Program-made: the position numbers and the translations under genes | Notes under the pieces: generated by a model | Databases searched by the model: none | Told to the model about the DNA's origin: nothing | What the model saw: the letters and a program-made list of their open reading frames with translations, nothing else | Assembly (NCBI GenBank): GCA_964016885.1 | Contig: OZ024740.1 | Coordinates: forward strand, 355,012,001-355,076,000 | Direction of reading: 5' to 3' | Origin: Eledone cirrhosa | Lineage: Eukaryota | Length of the DNA: 64,000 bases | In this document: in pieces, positions 26,582 to 40,600 of the stretch | Numbering within the stretch: position 1 is the stretch's first letter | Layout of the letters: each line of letters starts with the position of its first letter

Positions 26582-28558
26582 GTCAGTATATTTTATTTAC
26601 TTTATATTTTCTTGACCGTAAAACAATCCATTGATTTCTTTGACCAATGCCTTGTGAATGGAATTTGATAATATATGTAATTACATCACATCATCATCAC
26701 CATTTAACGTCTATTTTCTATCCTTGTATGGGTTAGACAAGTTGTCACATTTTGAAACTAGACTATTCAGGTGACCATGTCCTTCTTGTATGCTCCATTT
26801 TTGTCTTGGTTTCTATGGCTGGATACTCTTTCTAATGCCAAGCATTTTACAGTGTGTACTGGGAACATTTTATCATAACTCCAGCACTACCATCTTTCAG
26901 GGTGGACTGAATACATTTGTCATGGCAGCAGCACTATATGTGTGCGTATAAGCAAGACAATGTCATCAGACCTGCCTTGTCGTACAATGGGGCAACTCGT
27001 CTAACCCATGCTAGTGTGAAAAAATAGATGTTAAACAGTGATGATATGTGTGTGTGTGTATATATATATATAGGCTACATAACCATGTGGTTTCAGATCC
27101 AATCCTTCATTGTTTACATTTAGCATTTGGCCAGAATCACACGTTGGCTGACAGAGAATGTATACTTTGTGTATATAATAGGCGTAGTTATCAGTAAGAG
27201 TTCCCATTCTTTTAAATGTTTGGAAGGTTCCCTTATAGTTAATCGTTTCTGTTACCTCAGGAGACCTAATTATCAGTGGAGGTGTTTAATCTGAAAACAT
27301 AGTAACTTGTGTTAGAAATGGGGGAGAAAAGTTTAGTAGGCTATTACCATTTGTGGTTTCTTTCTTTGTCTAAGTGGAGGTCAGATTATATGATGCATAT
27401 CTATGAACTTTAATGCTGTGTGGTAGCAAAACATGGGCAGTGAATGTGGAAGATGTGTGGAATCTGAAAAGAAATTAAGCATGCATAATCCATTGGATGT
27501 GTAATTTTAGTGTGCATAAATGATAAAGCACAAATAAGCTGATAGAGAAGCTGGATATATGAGAAATCAGATGTAAAGTGCAAGGGAGAAGACTGTACTG
27601 GAATGAACATACTAGGTATATGGAGGTTGATAGTTGGGTAAAGAAGTTCTAGGTGGAAGGAACCTGTGAATGAGGTAGATTGAGGATGGCATAGGAAGAA
27701 GTAATGATGGCTGATCTCAAGTGACTGGATCATGAAGGAGATTGCAACAAATGGTAAGGTGCTATGCTGGATAAGATCAATGTAACCTGTGCATGTATAG
27801 ATAAGTAGACATAAAAATACATGATGATGATGATGGCTGGATTAATGAATAGTTAGGTCTGAAATTAATATATATCCTGTAGTATTATAGTGTATTGATG
27901 TTTACATATTAGCCTCTCTCATTGCTGCTGATTTGATTTCTGCTGTATCCCAGACATTGTCATCAAGTGTACTTTACTATTATGTTTACTGTATAATCAA
28001 AGTTAACTATATTCTGAGATCATTTCTTTTCTATATTAAAGCAAATGATAATATATTAATTATAAGTCACTCTAATATTTAGGCCTACATCTACTTCACA
28101 GTTAGTGTATTTTGTGGATAGTTGACATTGGTGGGTTTGAGTAGTAATTATCTTTCTGACATCTTGTTTCTGTCTACACCACTTATTTGTTATTAATATT
28201 GTTTTGAGATATGTCATATCAGTGACCTTTTCTTTTTTTTTGTGTGTGATTTTTACAGTCATTTTCTTTATCATCGGCATCTTTTTCCTCTCCATTGTGA
28301 TTATCATCTTTATTACTACCACTACTATAATCACCATCATCAACATTATCACTCTAATACTGACAATAATTCTGAACAATATAGTACATATGTTAGTTGA
28401 AAATAGTGTAACCATAGTTGCTGCTAACATTGTAATCATCATCACTACCCTCATAATCCCCACATCAACATTTAACGTTCATTTTCCTTGTTAACAGGTT
28501 TGGATGGGTTATCACAGACCAAGTTGGTATTTACTCAAGAGCCATTGACCTCTTAAAC

Positions 28559-28630
28559 CAGGGGTTCTCAAAGTGGGTGCTACTGCTCCCCTCAGGGAGC
28601 ATTGAGAACTCCAGGGGGTGGTGAGGGGTA
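28559..28630. mobile_element. Probable hAT (Charlie-like) DNA transposon terminus
   Basis: CAGGGGTTCTCAAAGTGGG end motif; similar CAGGGTTTCTCAACC at 54130. Opposite end not located. Confidence 0.45.
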
Positions 28631-30827
28631 GAGATGATATAATATATAAAAGTATATTAAATATCAAATGATGCATATATAGTAAAATAAAAAATATATA
28701 ATATATAGTATATATTATATCATTTATTATATACAAATTAACGATTTTATTTATTATATATTATTTACAATTTGCATGTAGGCAGGTCTCTCTGGAAATA
28801 AGGGTGGGGGCGATGAGGGTATTACGTGGCCGTGAGGGGGTGGGGTGGGGTGCTGGGGGTGTTTTATTGTTCCTCCAGCACTATAAAAGTTGTCATGTCT
28901 TTGACATCAACGAAGAGTCTTCTCTACCCTTAGTTTGGCAAGTTTTCTGTTTGTTTTGGATTCACTTCCTATTACCAACCACATAACCATCATTATCATA
29001 ATTGTACATAAACTTGCATATATAGTGTTGTTAAAGATGCCTACACATGTTAGTTCATTACAAAGAAGTTTGCAGGACATCTTTTAGGTATGAAATATTG
29101 AATGTTAAGGTAAACCTGTTTACTAAATCTAATGTTTCAAAAGTAAGATACATTTATTCTTAAAAAAAACAACAGCATACATTTAGATTTTCTATTATAT
29201 CAAATACATGTTCATTTTCATCTACATGAAATATATGTATTTACAAATTTATATGGATTAACCCTTGCTGTTGCAACTGACCAAATTTAGTTTCCATAAG
29301 CTAGCCATACTCATTCTCTTTGATATCTTACCTTTAATATGAGATAAAATCTAACTATATTACAAATATCATCATGGTTATTTTAGTTCATTTTTTTATA
29401 TGAATACTTCAACAAATATTTAAAATGTATGCGTCACAATGCAAATGACCATAATAATGTCAATCACTATAAATAATAGAGAAAATTGGGTAAATATCCT
29501 TGGATATAGAAAAAAGTGGATAGAGGCTTGAAATCTTTTAAAACAGACAGAATTCATGGTCAACTGCTCTTTTGCATAGTGGTTAACATATTCATATAGC
29601 ATCCAAAAGGTGTGGGGTTCAATGCCTTACAGGCACCTCTGCCTACTGTTTTCCACCATCAGGTGTACTTTACCCAATTTTTCTCAACTATTATTTCTCG
29701 TGATTAAGTATTATTATGGTCATTTGCATTGGGACACACACATTTTAAATTTCAAATTTTCCCAATGCTTCCAAAGTCAGCTGCTTTATTTAAATGATGT
29801 TAATGTTTAAGTATAAATGATTTCTTCATAATGAAATACAGACTCAAAACTATAACCTTTGATACGTTTCATCTAATTACTTTTAAAATCGGGAATGACA
29901 GGAATGGTAATGAGTTGGAAGATGAGTCAGGTACATACACAGAAATTATTATTATTTGGGAACATTTTTCTTTATGATCAAGGGATTTAAATTTGAGATT
30001 TTATTCTATTTACATAAAAATAAAAAACTACCTGAATTTCTTTGCTTTATCAACTTTTGTCTGGCAACTGTTTCCAAATAATGTAGACCTGTAGTAATTT
30101 TTGCTTAATATTTCAGAAAGAATTCACATCATTTGTATATCTACAATTTGTATATCCCAAATGTTTAGCAAGATGAAACCCAGAGTGTGATTCTCTATCT
30201 GTATACCAAAGTATATATCTAAAGTCTGTCTCAAGACCGGAGGCTCACCAGACCGGTGTTTATCCAAGTTTCCATGGCATTAAGTAACTGAGAGTACAAG
30301 ACAGGACGCCAGACCAGTGCAGGGTTAAACTCATTTTCAGTTGAGTATACTGGAGCAACATGAAACGAAGTGTTCTACTCAACACAGGAATTGAACCCAC
30401 AATGTTATGGTCATAAGTTCAACATCCTTACCACGAGGCCACATGCTTCCGTGTATACCAAAGTATATTTATATATGTATTTATGAAATAATCCAATTCA
30501 TTTGAGTTAATAGCTGAATGAAAGAAAGAAAGTTTCAATATAGATGCATTGAAATATCTTCCAGAGTAGAAAAGTGAAATATGAAATTTTAAGTTAATCA
30601 TTATCATCCTATGATGGCATGAGTTGGACAGGTTGGATAAGTATGTTTTGTTCATATATTCCATGCAGTGCAGCTACTGTTTATAATTAATTATATACCA
30701 CTGTGATATCTATGTAAGCTATTGAGAGTTAAATATCTTTGTTATGAATGCAACTCTCTCTCAAAGAATTCACACAAACTATGTTTTTGTTTAATTTAGA
30801 ATTATATATTTTCCCCCTCTTCTTCAG

Positions 30828-30940
30828 TGAATTTTCATCGGTAGCTTCGGACATTCCATATTTCTTGACTCCACAGTATTATGATTCAAACAGTGCTTCT
30901 GATCATCTCCATTTAATCATCTGTGTCCATGGTTTGGATG
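30828..30940 (+). CDS. FAM135A: FAM135-family exon (SEFSSVASDIPYF...HLIICVHGLDG), start of DUF676 alpha/beta-hydrolase domain
   Basis: TTCAG acceptor, G|GTAAGT donor; conserved HLIxCVHGLDG motif. Confidence 0.95.
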
Positions 30941-31737
30941 GTAAGTTAATAACTCTTCATCAATTAAACTTAGACAATGTCTTTCATTAGAAATATGGTT
31001 GCAAACCTTTAGACATTGTTTTCAATTAATTTTAAAAATAATCATGAATTTAGAGAGATTTAGTCATATAACTTTCTCATTATACTGATATTTGGAATAT
31101 AACTTAACAAAGGTTCTCTCAAAACAGTGATGGAAGGGTTTTAGGTAAATATAAATAATTTAACCCTTTCGCTACTATATTTCTAATGATTTTCGATTAA
31201 TTTGGAAAATGATTTCGATTTCTAATGATTTTCTATTAATTTGGAAAATAATAAAAAATGTTGAGAGATTTAGTAATATAACTAACTTTCTCATTGTAAA
31301 GATGATGTTTGGAGTGTAGCTTAACAAAGTTTCTCATATATAATTATGATGGAAGGCTTTTGTATAAATATAAACATAGGACCAGCAGCAGTTTCAGGTA
31401 GTTTGATATGAAAAGATTATACTTCTACTCTCCAAACTGTTCATCTGGTGTCTGGTCCTACAAAATCTCTATCTTTTGAATAGCAATATTAGCATTAACT
31501 GATTTAGCAGAAAATATCTAAAATGGGTTTGTTTATTCAAATATTTATTGTATCTTTACTAGTGGGCAGATCTTTGTAAAAATTTACAGTAAACTAAAGA
31601 CTGTATTTTTAATATGATGCAGTCATAGTGCTCTTTTGAGATTTTCAAGAATTCTTTTGATTTCATGTGGTATAGAATGTTAAAAGTTAATATTTAAACT
31701 TGCTCTTTTTTTCCAGGAAATGAAGAAAAAATATTAA

Positions 31738-31899
<162 letters not shown>

Positions 31900-33527
31900 T
31901 AACATAAAATTGTGTAATCGTTTGTATGATTAACAATATTTTTATCATGGACTTTTTATCACCAGACATATCTTTTTGAAATGTCATAAAGTTTCCAGTG
32001 AATAAATCAGGAAATAATCTGGCTTATCACATTTTATTTGATATTAAGTCAAGGCTAAACAACATCACCCATGATAAGTTAAAAAGGGAAGGATATATAT
32101 ATATATATATATATAGGAGAGAAGACTGTGTTGGTATGGACATGTGATGTGCATAGACAATGACTGATGGGTGAAGAAATGTCAGGAAATCCCAGTTCCA
32201 GTGGAAGGAAACCGCAATAGAGGACAACCAAGAAAGTCCTGGACAGAGGTTGAGAGAGCGGACCCAAATAGGTAAGACTGAGAGAGGAGATGACGAAGGA
32301 ATGCAACAAGGGGAGAGATGCCGTGTTGAGAAGGACCCATGCAAACATGGAAAAGCAAACGTAAAAATGAGGATGATATGATAATGTAATCATGGATACA
32401 CTGGATTGCTTGTAATCATAGATCTATAACAGGCTTATTTGATGACTGTTTACTGTTTGTTTATATACTGTAACTTAACAGTCTGATAAATACTGATATA
32501 GAGATTGATAAAATAAGTACAAGACTTGAAAAATAGGTACCAGGGTTGATATTATTGACCAAATTCCTTGAAAGTGATGCTCTATAATGGCCGTACTCTG
32601 ACTGAAACTAGTGAAAAATAAAAGAATATATATACATATATATATATATAAGAGAGTGTTGAAGTTTGCTTGAAGCATTGTGGAATAATAAAATTGGTTG
32701 TTTTGGAAGCCCCAACAATGCAGATGGGTAAATCTCTGGGTAACAGAATCAGGTGGTAATGAGAGAGATGTAAGAGGAAATGTAGAATGAGACGTATAGG
32801 GTGTAGAGGAACATAGGAAAGAGTGTAAAAATAATAACACGAGATAGAGTTACCATGGAAGTGTCCCTATATTTCGGATTTCGCATCCATCAACTGGGGG
32901 TTTTCTGAGTGGGAACGTTTTTAGTCGGAGAGGAACAACACATGGCCTCTGTTACCCGGAGATTTACCCATCTGCATTGTTGAGGCTTCCAAAACGACCA
33001 ATTTTATATATATATATATATATATGCTAGGTTTAAAGTGCCCTAGACTACACCCCTACAACTCCATCAGCAGTTATGGATATAGAAAGATAGAGAGGGA
33101 GAAAAGAAAGGAATGGAAAAAAATTGAGAAAAACACACACTTGCATATTCAGTCAGCCATTTTGGAGAGATATTAACAGTAATTTGTTCATTAGAATTGA
33201 GAGCAAAGTCAACAGTTACAGTAAAATTGCCATTATGTGAGATCTTAGCTGCTGGGGTGATCACTTTTGAACAATCAAAGTTTAATAATGAATTAATTGA
33301 AAACAAAAAAACAAAAAAAACAAACATTGCAGCATATTAAACTTTTTGTAAAGTTACTGTTGAAATAGTTTGAATATTTTCATCAATATTAATTCCTTTT
33401 TCTTAATTAGACATGTTGTTTCAGGCAAGCAGTTTTGGTAAATATCTGGAAAAAAAATGTTATTTGAAAAAAAATCTATTATTCCTATCTTAATTTTCAC
33501 CTAATGCTCATGTGTACCACTTTACAG

Positions 33528-33628
33528 ACAGACACATTTGCTGATTTTGAGTTGATGACAACAAGATTGGTGAATGAAATTCTTTGCTATGTTCATATGT
33601 ATGATTTACGGCCACCGTCCAGAATCAG
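33528..33628 (+). CDS. FAM135A: FAM135-family exon (TDTFADFELMTTRLVNEILCYVHMYDLRPPSRIS)
   Basis: TTACAG acceptor, AG|GTAATA donor, phase 0-2; DTFADF motif. Confidence 0.95.
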
Positions 33629-34546
33629 GTAATAATTAAATAACCACTTCTACTTAACCCTTTAGTATTTACATTACTCTATATTTACTATTATATTTTC
33701 ATTGTAAAGGCTTTACCTCACATAACTATCTCACATCATATCAAATCTATGAGATTTTGATATTATATATTTTGAGAACAATACCTTAACATAAGTATGA
33801 GTGGCTGGTTACAGCTGGTTTGAACAGAAAGAGGTGAGAGAATTCTGGCTGGTTTAAATGCTAAAAGGTTAAGCTTCATGTCAATTTAAACGTACTTTCT
33901 CTGTTGCATGTTATTAGACTCATCACCAAGTCCTTTTTGAAACATTGTTTCATGGCTGGATACTCTTTTAGTCACTTCTTACGATGCAGAGATATAGTGT
34001 ACCTATTCTAATACATATAGTTATTGGAAAGATGACAGTGTTGGAAAGTTGGCAGGAAGAACAACTAGCAAAAATTGTACAGCACCACAGAACTGGACAG
34101 AACCTTTATCTCTATCCCTTAGTAAACTAGTCTCTGCCTTGTTTTGACACCCAGTGTTTCAGCCATCATGGCTAAGGCCAGGCTGGAGTATTACATTAAT
34201 GTGTGGGTTCTTATTTGTATTTGGCGCTCATACTATGCATCTAAAACATGAGCCTCTATATGGTTGTTTGACCTGCTAGAAACAGCAATCAAATCACACT
34301 TGACTTTCTTTTTCTTTTTTTTTTTTTGTTTAAATAAAGGAAGGACAAATTGGGATAATATAGTATGAGTTAAAATATATTTCAATAAAAGACTGCAGGA
34401 ATTTCACTGCAGAAACAGCTTTCTTAGGGGTTTGTTATACTAAGGCTGACTTTGGGTTAAGCAAGAACAACAACAATGTTAGCTTTGTGCTAACATTTGA
34501 TGAAGCCTGCTTGGTGAAGTCTGACCTGGGATTAAACAACAGCATT

Positions 34547-34946
<400 letters not shown>

Positions 34947-36162
34947 TGACATTTTAAACAAACATACGGATTATTCTGAATCTCTCTCTTCTTCATCAAC
35001 ATCATCATCATCATCACCATTTAATGTCCATCTTCCAAGCTAGCATGGGTTGGACGGTTTTGTTCCACTTGAGGTGAGATTGGTCGAGAGACCATGTTTC
35101 GTTCATGCAGAACTGTATCTGGCAGGTTTTCTATGGCTGGATGCCCTTCCTAACACCAACCACATTTACAGTGTGGACTGGGAGCCTTCTTACTGTGTCA
35201 CCTACACGATCACTTTACAGTTGATAGAAATGGGAGGATGGAGTAGGGTGTGTGGGGTGGGGTGTATATTGAGTTAGGGTTATATTGGGTTAAGAGGTGT
35301 CTATTGACTGTAGGTTTAAGTTTGTATGCAAGGGAATGTGGGTCTTCTGTACCAAAGATCTCGATCCAGTGACATTGTCTTAGAGAGCTGTAAGTGATCA
35401 AGGTCAGTTTTTATCACCTCATCCCAGGTTTTTATATATGTATATATATAAACTTATTTTTATAGAGCACTGGAAGAATTTGAAATATGGAAATGTCAGC
35501 ACCCCATATGCAGAAAATGACTGCAATAATAGCCAATCACAGTTAAAAATAGCTGAGAAAATTGGGTAAAATACCCATAAAAATAGAAATAGTAGACAGT
35601 TGCTTCCATCCAATTTTTTACTACCTTTGGGATGTTCAAATTTCCATATATATATACATATATATTTATAAAATATGTAATACATGTTTGGAAATACGAT
35701 GATGTGTATATTCATTTTGATACAGTTATCCATGTGAAACTAAATAGAAAAAAGTGATAGAACTGCCTACAAGGATTGAACTATATATTGAACAACAACA
35801 TAGACCACTACACTACGGCAACCTGCCAACTTCTCAATCTCGTATACATAGCCCACACTGTAAAGTGGTCATGTAGGTGTCATGACAAAAAGCACCCAGT
35901 CCACACTATAAAGTGGTTATGTAGGTGTCACAACAAAAAGCACCCAGTCAACATTGTAAAGTGGTCATGTAGGTGTCATGACAAAATGCACCCAGTACTC
36001 ACTGTAAATGAGGTTTGCATTAGGAAGGGCATCCCGCTGTAGAAATCAAGCCAAAAAATCGGTTCTGTGTGAGCATGATATGTCCACCTGACCTAGCATT
36101 GCTCACAACAGGATAACTTGTCTAGCCCATGCCAGCATGGAAAAATGGACGTTAAATGGTGA

Positions 36163-36222
<60 letters not shown>

Positions 36223-36283
36223 GTGTTCTCCTAACTTTGGATATTCTTTAACAAACTACCCTATGTGTGTGTGTGTATAGTAT

Positions 36284-36849
36284 CTAGGCCATAGTATCTA
36301 GAATAAGGATGGGTTGGAAGAAGTTTAGGGAGTTGCTTTCTCTGCTGACGAAGAAGGGTTTCTCCCTGCGTATGAAAGGCCGGTTATATGATGCCTGTGT
36401 GAGGAGCACGATGCTGCATGGTAGTGAGACATGGGCAGCAACTGCAGAGGATATACGATGGCTGGAGAGAAATGAGGCAAGCATGCTCTGTTGTATGTGC
36501 AGTGTCAATGTGCGTGAACGACCCAGCATGAATGTGTTGAGAGAGAAACTGTCTGAGAGGGATAGAATGTAGTGTGCGAGAGAGGAGACTGAGGTGGTAT
36601 GGACATGTGATGCACATGGAGGATGACCGATGGGTGAAGAAGTGCCAGGAAATGCCAGTTGAAGGAAGACGTGGTAGAGGAAGACCATGAAAAACATGGA
36701 CGGAGGTGGTGAGAGCAGACCTCAGATCGCTGAAGCTCACGGTGGAGATGACAAAGGACCGTGACAAGTGGAGAGATGCTGTGCTGAATAAGACCCGTCC
36801 CACCCTTGCAAGCAGGGAAAAGCGGACGTAAAATGATGATGATGGTGAT
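36284..36849 (+). mobile_element. 3' fragment of the related RTE subfamily
   Basis: GWKKFRELL...GRLYDACVRSTMLHGSETW; same short 3' end as the 19629 copy; (GAT)n tail. Confidence 0.9.
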
Positions 36850-36860
36850 AATATATATAT

Positions 36861-37074
36861 ATAGTGTAGTTTGTTGGAAGAACACTTCTTAATATTTATT
36901 TCTAACCTCAAATAAATACAAATTGTTTCAATAAGTCATGGGCATCAACAAATCCTTTTATTATATATGTTATAAGACTGATGATGAATGTGTGCTTTAT
37001 GTATATAAATATATATATATATGTGTGTGTGTGTGCGTATGTGTATGTATATATATATATATATACATACATAT

Positions 37075-37142
<68 letters not shown>

Positions 37143-37276
37143 CACACATTCATCATCAGTCTTATAACATATATAATAAAAGGATTTGTTGATGCCCATG
37201 ACTTATTGAAACAATTTGTATTTATTTGAGGTTAGAAATAAATATTAAGAAGTGTTCTTCCAACAAACTACACTAT
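36861..37276. repeat. Perfect foldback: 140-bp inverted arms around a TA/TG/CA microsatellite spacer
   Basis: 36861-37000 is the exact reverse complement of 37137-37276. Confidence 0.97.
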
Positions 37277-37677
37277 ATATATATATCATCATCATCATCA
37301 TCATCAACGTTTAACGTCCGTGTTCCACGCTTGCATGGGTTTGGACGGGGGTAGTCCCACTTGAGGCAAGAGTGATTGTCTTGCTCGCATAGGACTGTCT
37401 GGCAGGTTTTCTACAGTTGGATGCCCTTCCTAACACCAACCACATTTACAGTGTGGGTCTGGGAGGTTTTTACCGTGTTGCCTACACGGCCACATTACAG
37501 CGTGGACTGTGTGTTTTTTTGTCGTGACACCTACACGATCTCATTTGTTTCGGCCTCGATGGCGCGGCACCAACATAACTTTACATAGAACGGGGTGGTG
37601 TGGATCGGGTGGGGGTGGTGGGACGGGGTGTATTTTGTTACAGATGCCTACTGGCTGGAGTAGGTTTTACTATATAT

Positions 37678-40600
37678 TTAGGTAAGGCGGGTCTTCTCTG
37701 TTACTGAGTACCGCCAAAGGTCTCGGTCCAGTGACATTGTCTTGGAGAGGTGTAAGTGTGTGATGTCGGAGTTTATCAGCTCGTCCCAGGTTTTTCTAGG
37801 TCTGCCTATTCCGTGACTACCGTCTATCTTTATTGCCCTGCACTTTGTTATACAGCTATCGACTTTCATGCGCATCACGTGTCCATACCAACGTAGCCTT
37901 CTCTCGAGTAAACAACATCTGATCCCTCTTATCTCTAATTTTTTCCTTAGTTCGTTTATGCTTTGCCGTTCACGTATATTACTGTTACACATCCAGCGGA
38001 GCATGCAAGCTTCGTTCCTCTCTAGTCTGCGTATATCCTCTGCACACAATGCCCAGGTCTCACTGCCATGCAGCATTGCTGTTCGTATGCAGGCATCGTA
38101 CAACCTGCCTTTCATTTTTAGTGAGAACCCTTTAGCAGCTAATAGTGGTATAAGCTCTCTGAACTTTTTCCAACCAGTTCTGACTCTAGCTACAGTACTT
38201 TCAGAGCACCCTCCCCCACTGCTGATTTTATCGCCCAGGTAACGGAAGCTGTCCACTATTTCTATAGAACCCTCTGCGCAATTGAAAGAGCTAGTAGTTT
38301 GTGGGCACTTGCTGCTACTTATTGCACCAGAGCACCGGCCACATGTAAAATCTATGTTCTTAGTTAGCTTACCTGTGATCCCACTACATCTTTTATGCAC
38401 CCATACTTTGCATTTAGGACATAAAATGGAGTTTCTACCTACGCCTTTCCTACACACCGAGCACGACCATTTCCCAGAAGGGACCGCCGCCTTGTTTTCT
38501 TTCCTACAAACTAGTACTTTGGTCTTAGCCAGGTTAATTTTAAGTCCTTTTGACTCTAGGCCGTGCTTCCATGTTTGGAATTTCTTCTCTAGCTCGGCCA
38601 TTGATTCCGCTATGAGTGTCAGGTCGTCTGCGTATAGGAGTTCCCATGGGCAGCCTGTCTTGAACTCCTCTGTTATAGCCTGAAGGGCAATAATAAATAG
38701 TAGTGGACTGAGAACAGAGCCCTGATGGACGCCAACTTTTACGCTAAACTCTTCACTATATTCGTTGTTAATTCTAACCTTGCTGACTGTTTCTTTATAC
38801 ATGGCTTGTATAGCCCTCACAAGCCATTCGTCAACGCCTAGTTTTCTAAGAGCCCACCAGATAATGGAGCGGGGGACTCTGTCGAAGGCTTTCTCCAAGT
38901 CGACAAAAGCTAAGTAGAGGGGTTTACCTTTAGCTAGGTACTTCTCCTGTAGTTGTCGTACTATGAAAAGAGCGTCTGTGGTACTTTTGCCTGACACAAA
39001 CCCGAACTGCATTTCATCTAGGTCAATTCTCTCTCTGATTAGTTGCGCTATTACTCTTTCCGTGACCTTCATGACCTGGTCGATTAATTTAATGCCTCTA
39101 TAGTTACTCCTATCTAGGGCGTCTCCTTTACCCTTATAACAGTTAACGATGATGCTGCTATGCCAGTCCTTCGGAACAACCCCATTCTGTACGACTTGGT
39201 TAACTATGCGGGTGACCATGGTGTGTCCCACCGTGCCAGATGCCTTCAGCATCTCAGCAACTATTTCCGAAGGCCCAGCCGCCTTACCAGTCTTCATATC
39301 CTTGATTGCCTTACTTATTATACTCCCCTCGACTAACACTGCTGGTCCCTCTATTGGGCCGATATGGGGGAGACTGCCTTTCTCCCAATTATTCTCCTCA
39401 TTTAGAAGCCTTTCATAGTGACACTTCCAAGCTACCTTCTTATCAGCGTCGGTGATGGCAAGTGTGCCATCGTCGTTTAGTACACACTTCTCCCCGACAA
39501 TATCACGGTTTTCCTTGACGCATTGCCTAGCAATCCTGAACACCTCACGTTTTTGGTCATCGCGTTGTAGAACATGCTTGAACTTTCTTTCCTCAGCTTC
39601 CCTTCTTGCTAAGTACACTTGTCTCCTAGCTTCCCTCCTGGCCACTTGATAGTCCTCTCTACTTCCCCCATCCCGCCATACTTTCCAAGCCTGCTTTTTG
39701 GCCTTAATTGACCCCTCCACCTTACTGTTCCACCACCATGTTACTCTCCTCCTGCCTACAGGCCTGCTCCAGCCACAGACCTCGTCTGTCGCCAACAGCA
39801 GGTTTGCTTTCAGAAATTCCCACTCTCCCTCTATATTGTCCGACTCTAAATGTTCTTCCTTACTGTCGAAAGCATCAAGTAATATGCTTTGAAATTTATT
39901 CCTGGCTGTGGGGTCCTTTAGCTTCCATATTTTCCTCCTGAGGATAGTCCTCTTCTGTTGTCGAGTACGTCTCGTCCTGACTATGAGGTCGCTAATTATC
40001 AGTCTATGTTGGGAGGTGCATTCTTCATGGGGGAGGGATTTAGTGTTAACAACAGACACTCTGTCACGTCTTCTGGTAAGGATATAATCTACCTGGCTTG
40101 TGTGTTCCCCGGATCTATAGGTGATCAGGTGATTGTCACGTTTTTTGAAGTTAGTGTTACAGATAGTTAGGTTATTTGCATCACAGAATTCCAGGATTCT
40201 GGAGCCTTCCTCATTTCTAGTACCAAACCCATAGCCTCCATGGATTTCGTCGTAGCCGTCACAATGTTGTCCAACGTGACCATTTAGGTCGCCTGCGATA
40301 ATTATATAGTCACTGTCGGATATTTGGGAGGTAGTTAGCATCAGTGTCTCATAGAATCTGTCTTTTATAGTGCCGGGCAGTCCGGATTGGGGTGCGTACG
40401 CAGATATTACTGTCACCGTAGTTCTATTGAGGACAAGTCGTATTTTAATTATTCTGTCGTTCACTCTATTTACGTCTATTATCTTATCTGCCCACTTTTC
40501 TGCTACCATGATTCCTACTCCACCCAGCCCATCGTCGTTTCCCACCCAGAAAAGCTTATAACAACGTTTTTTACCCTCAATGAACCTAGCAGACCCACCC

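Noticed and set aside
28056-28494. Hydrophobic 135-aa and 96-aa ORFs
   Set aside because: Derived from degenerate (ATC/ACT)n simple repeats.
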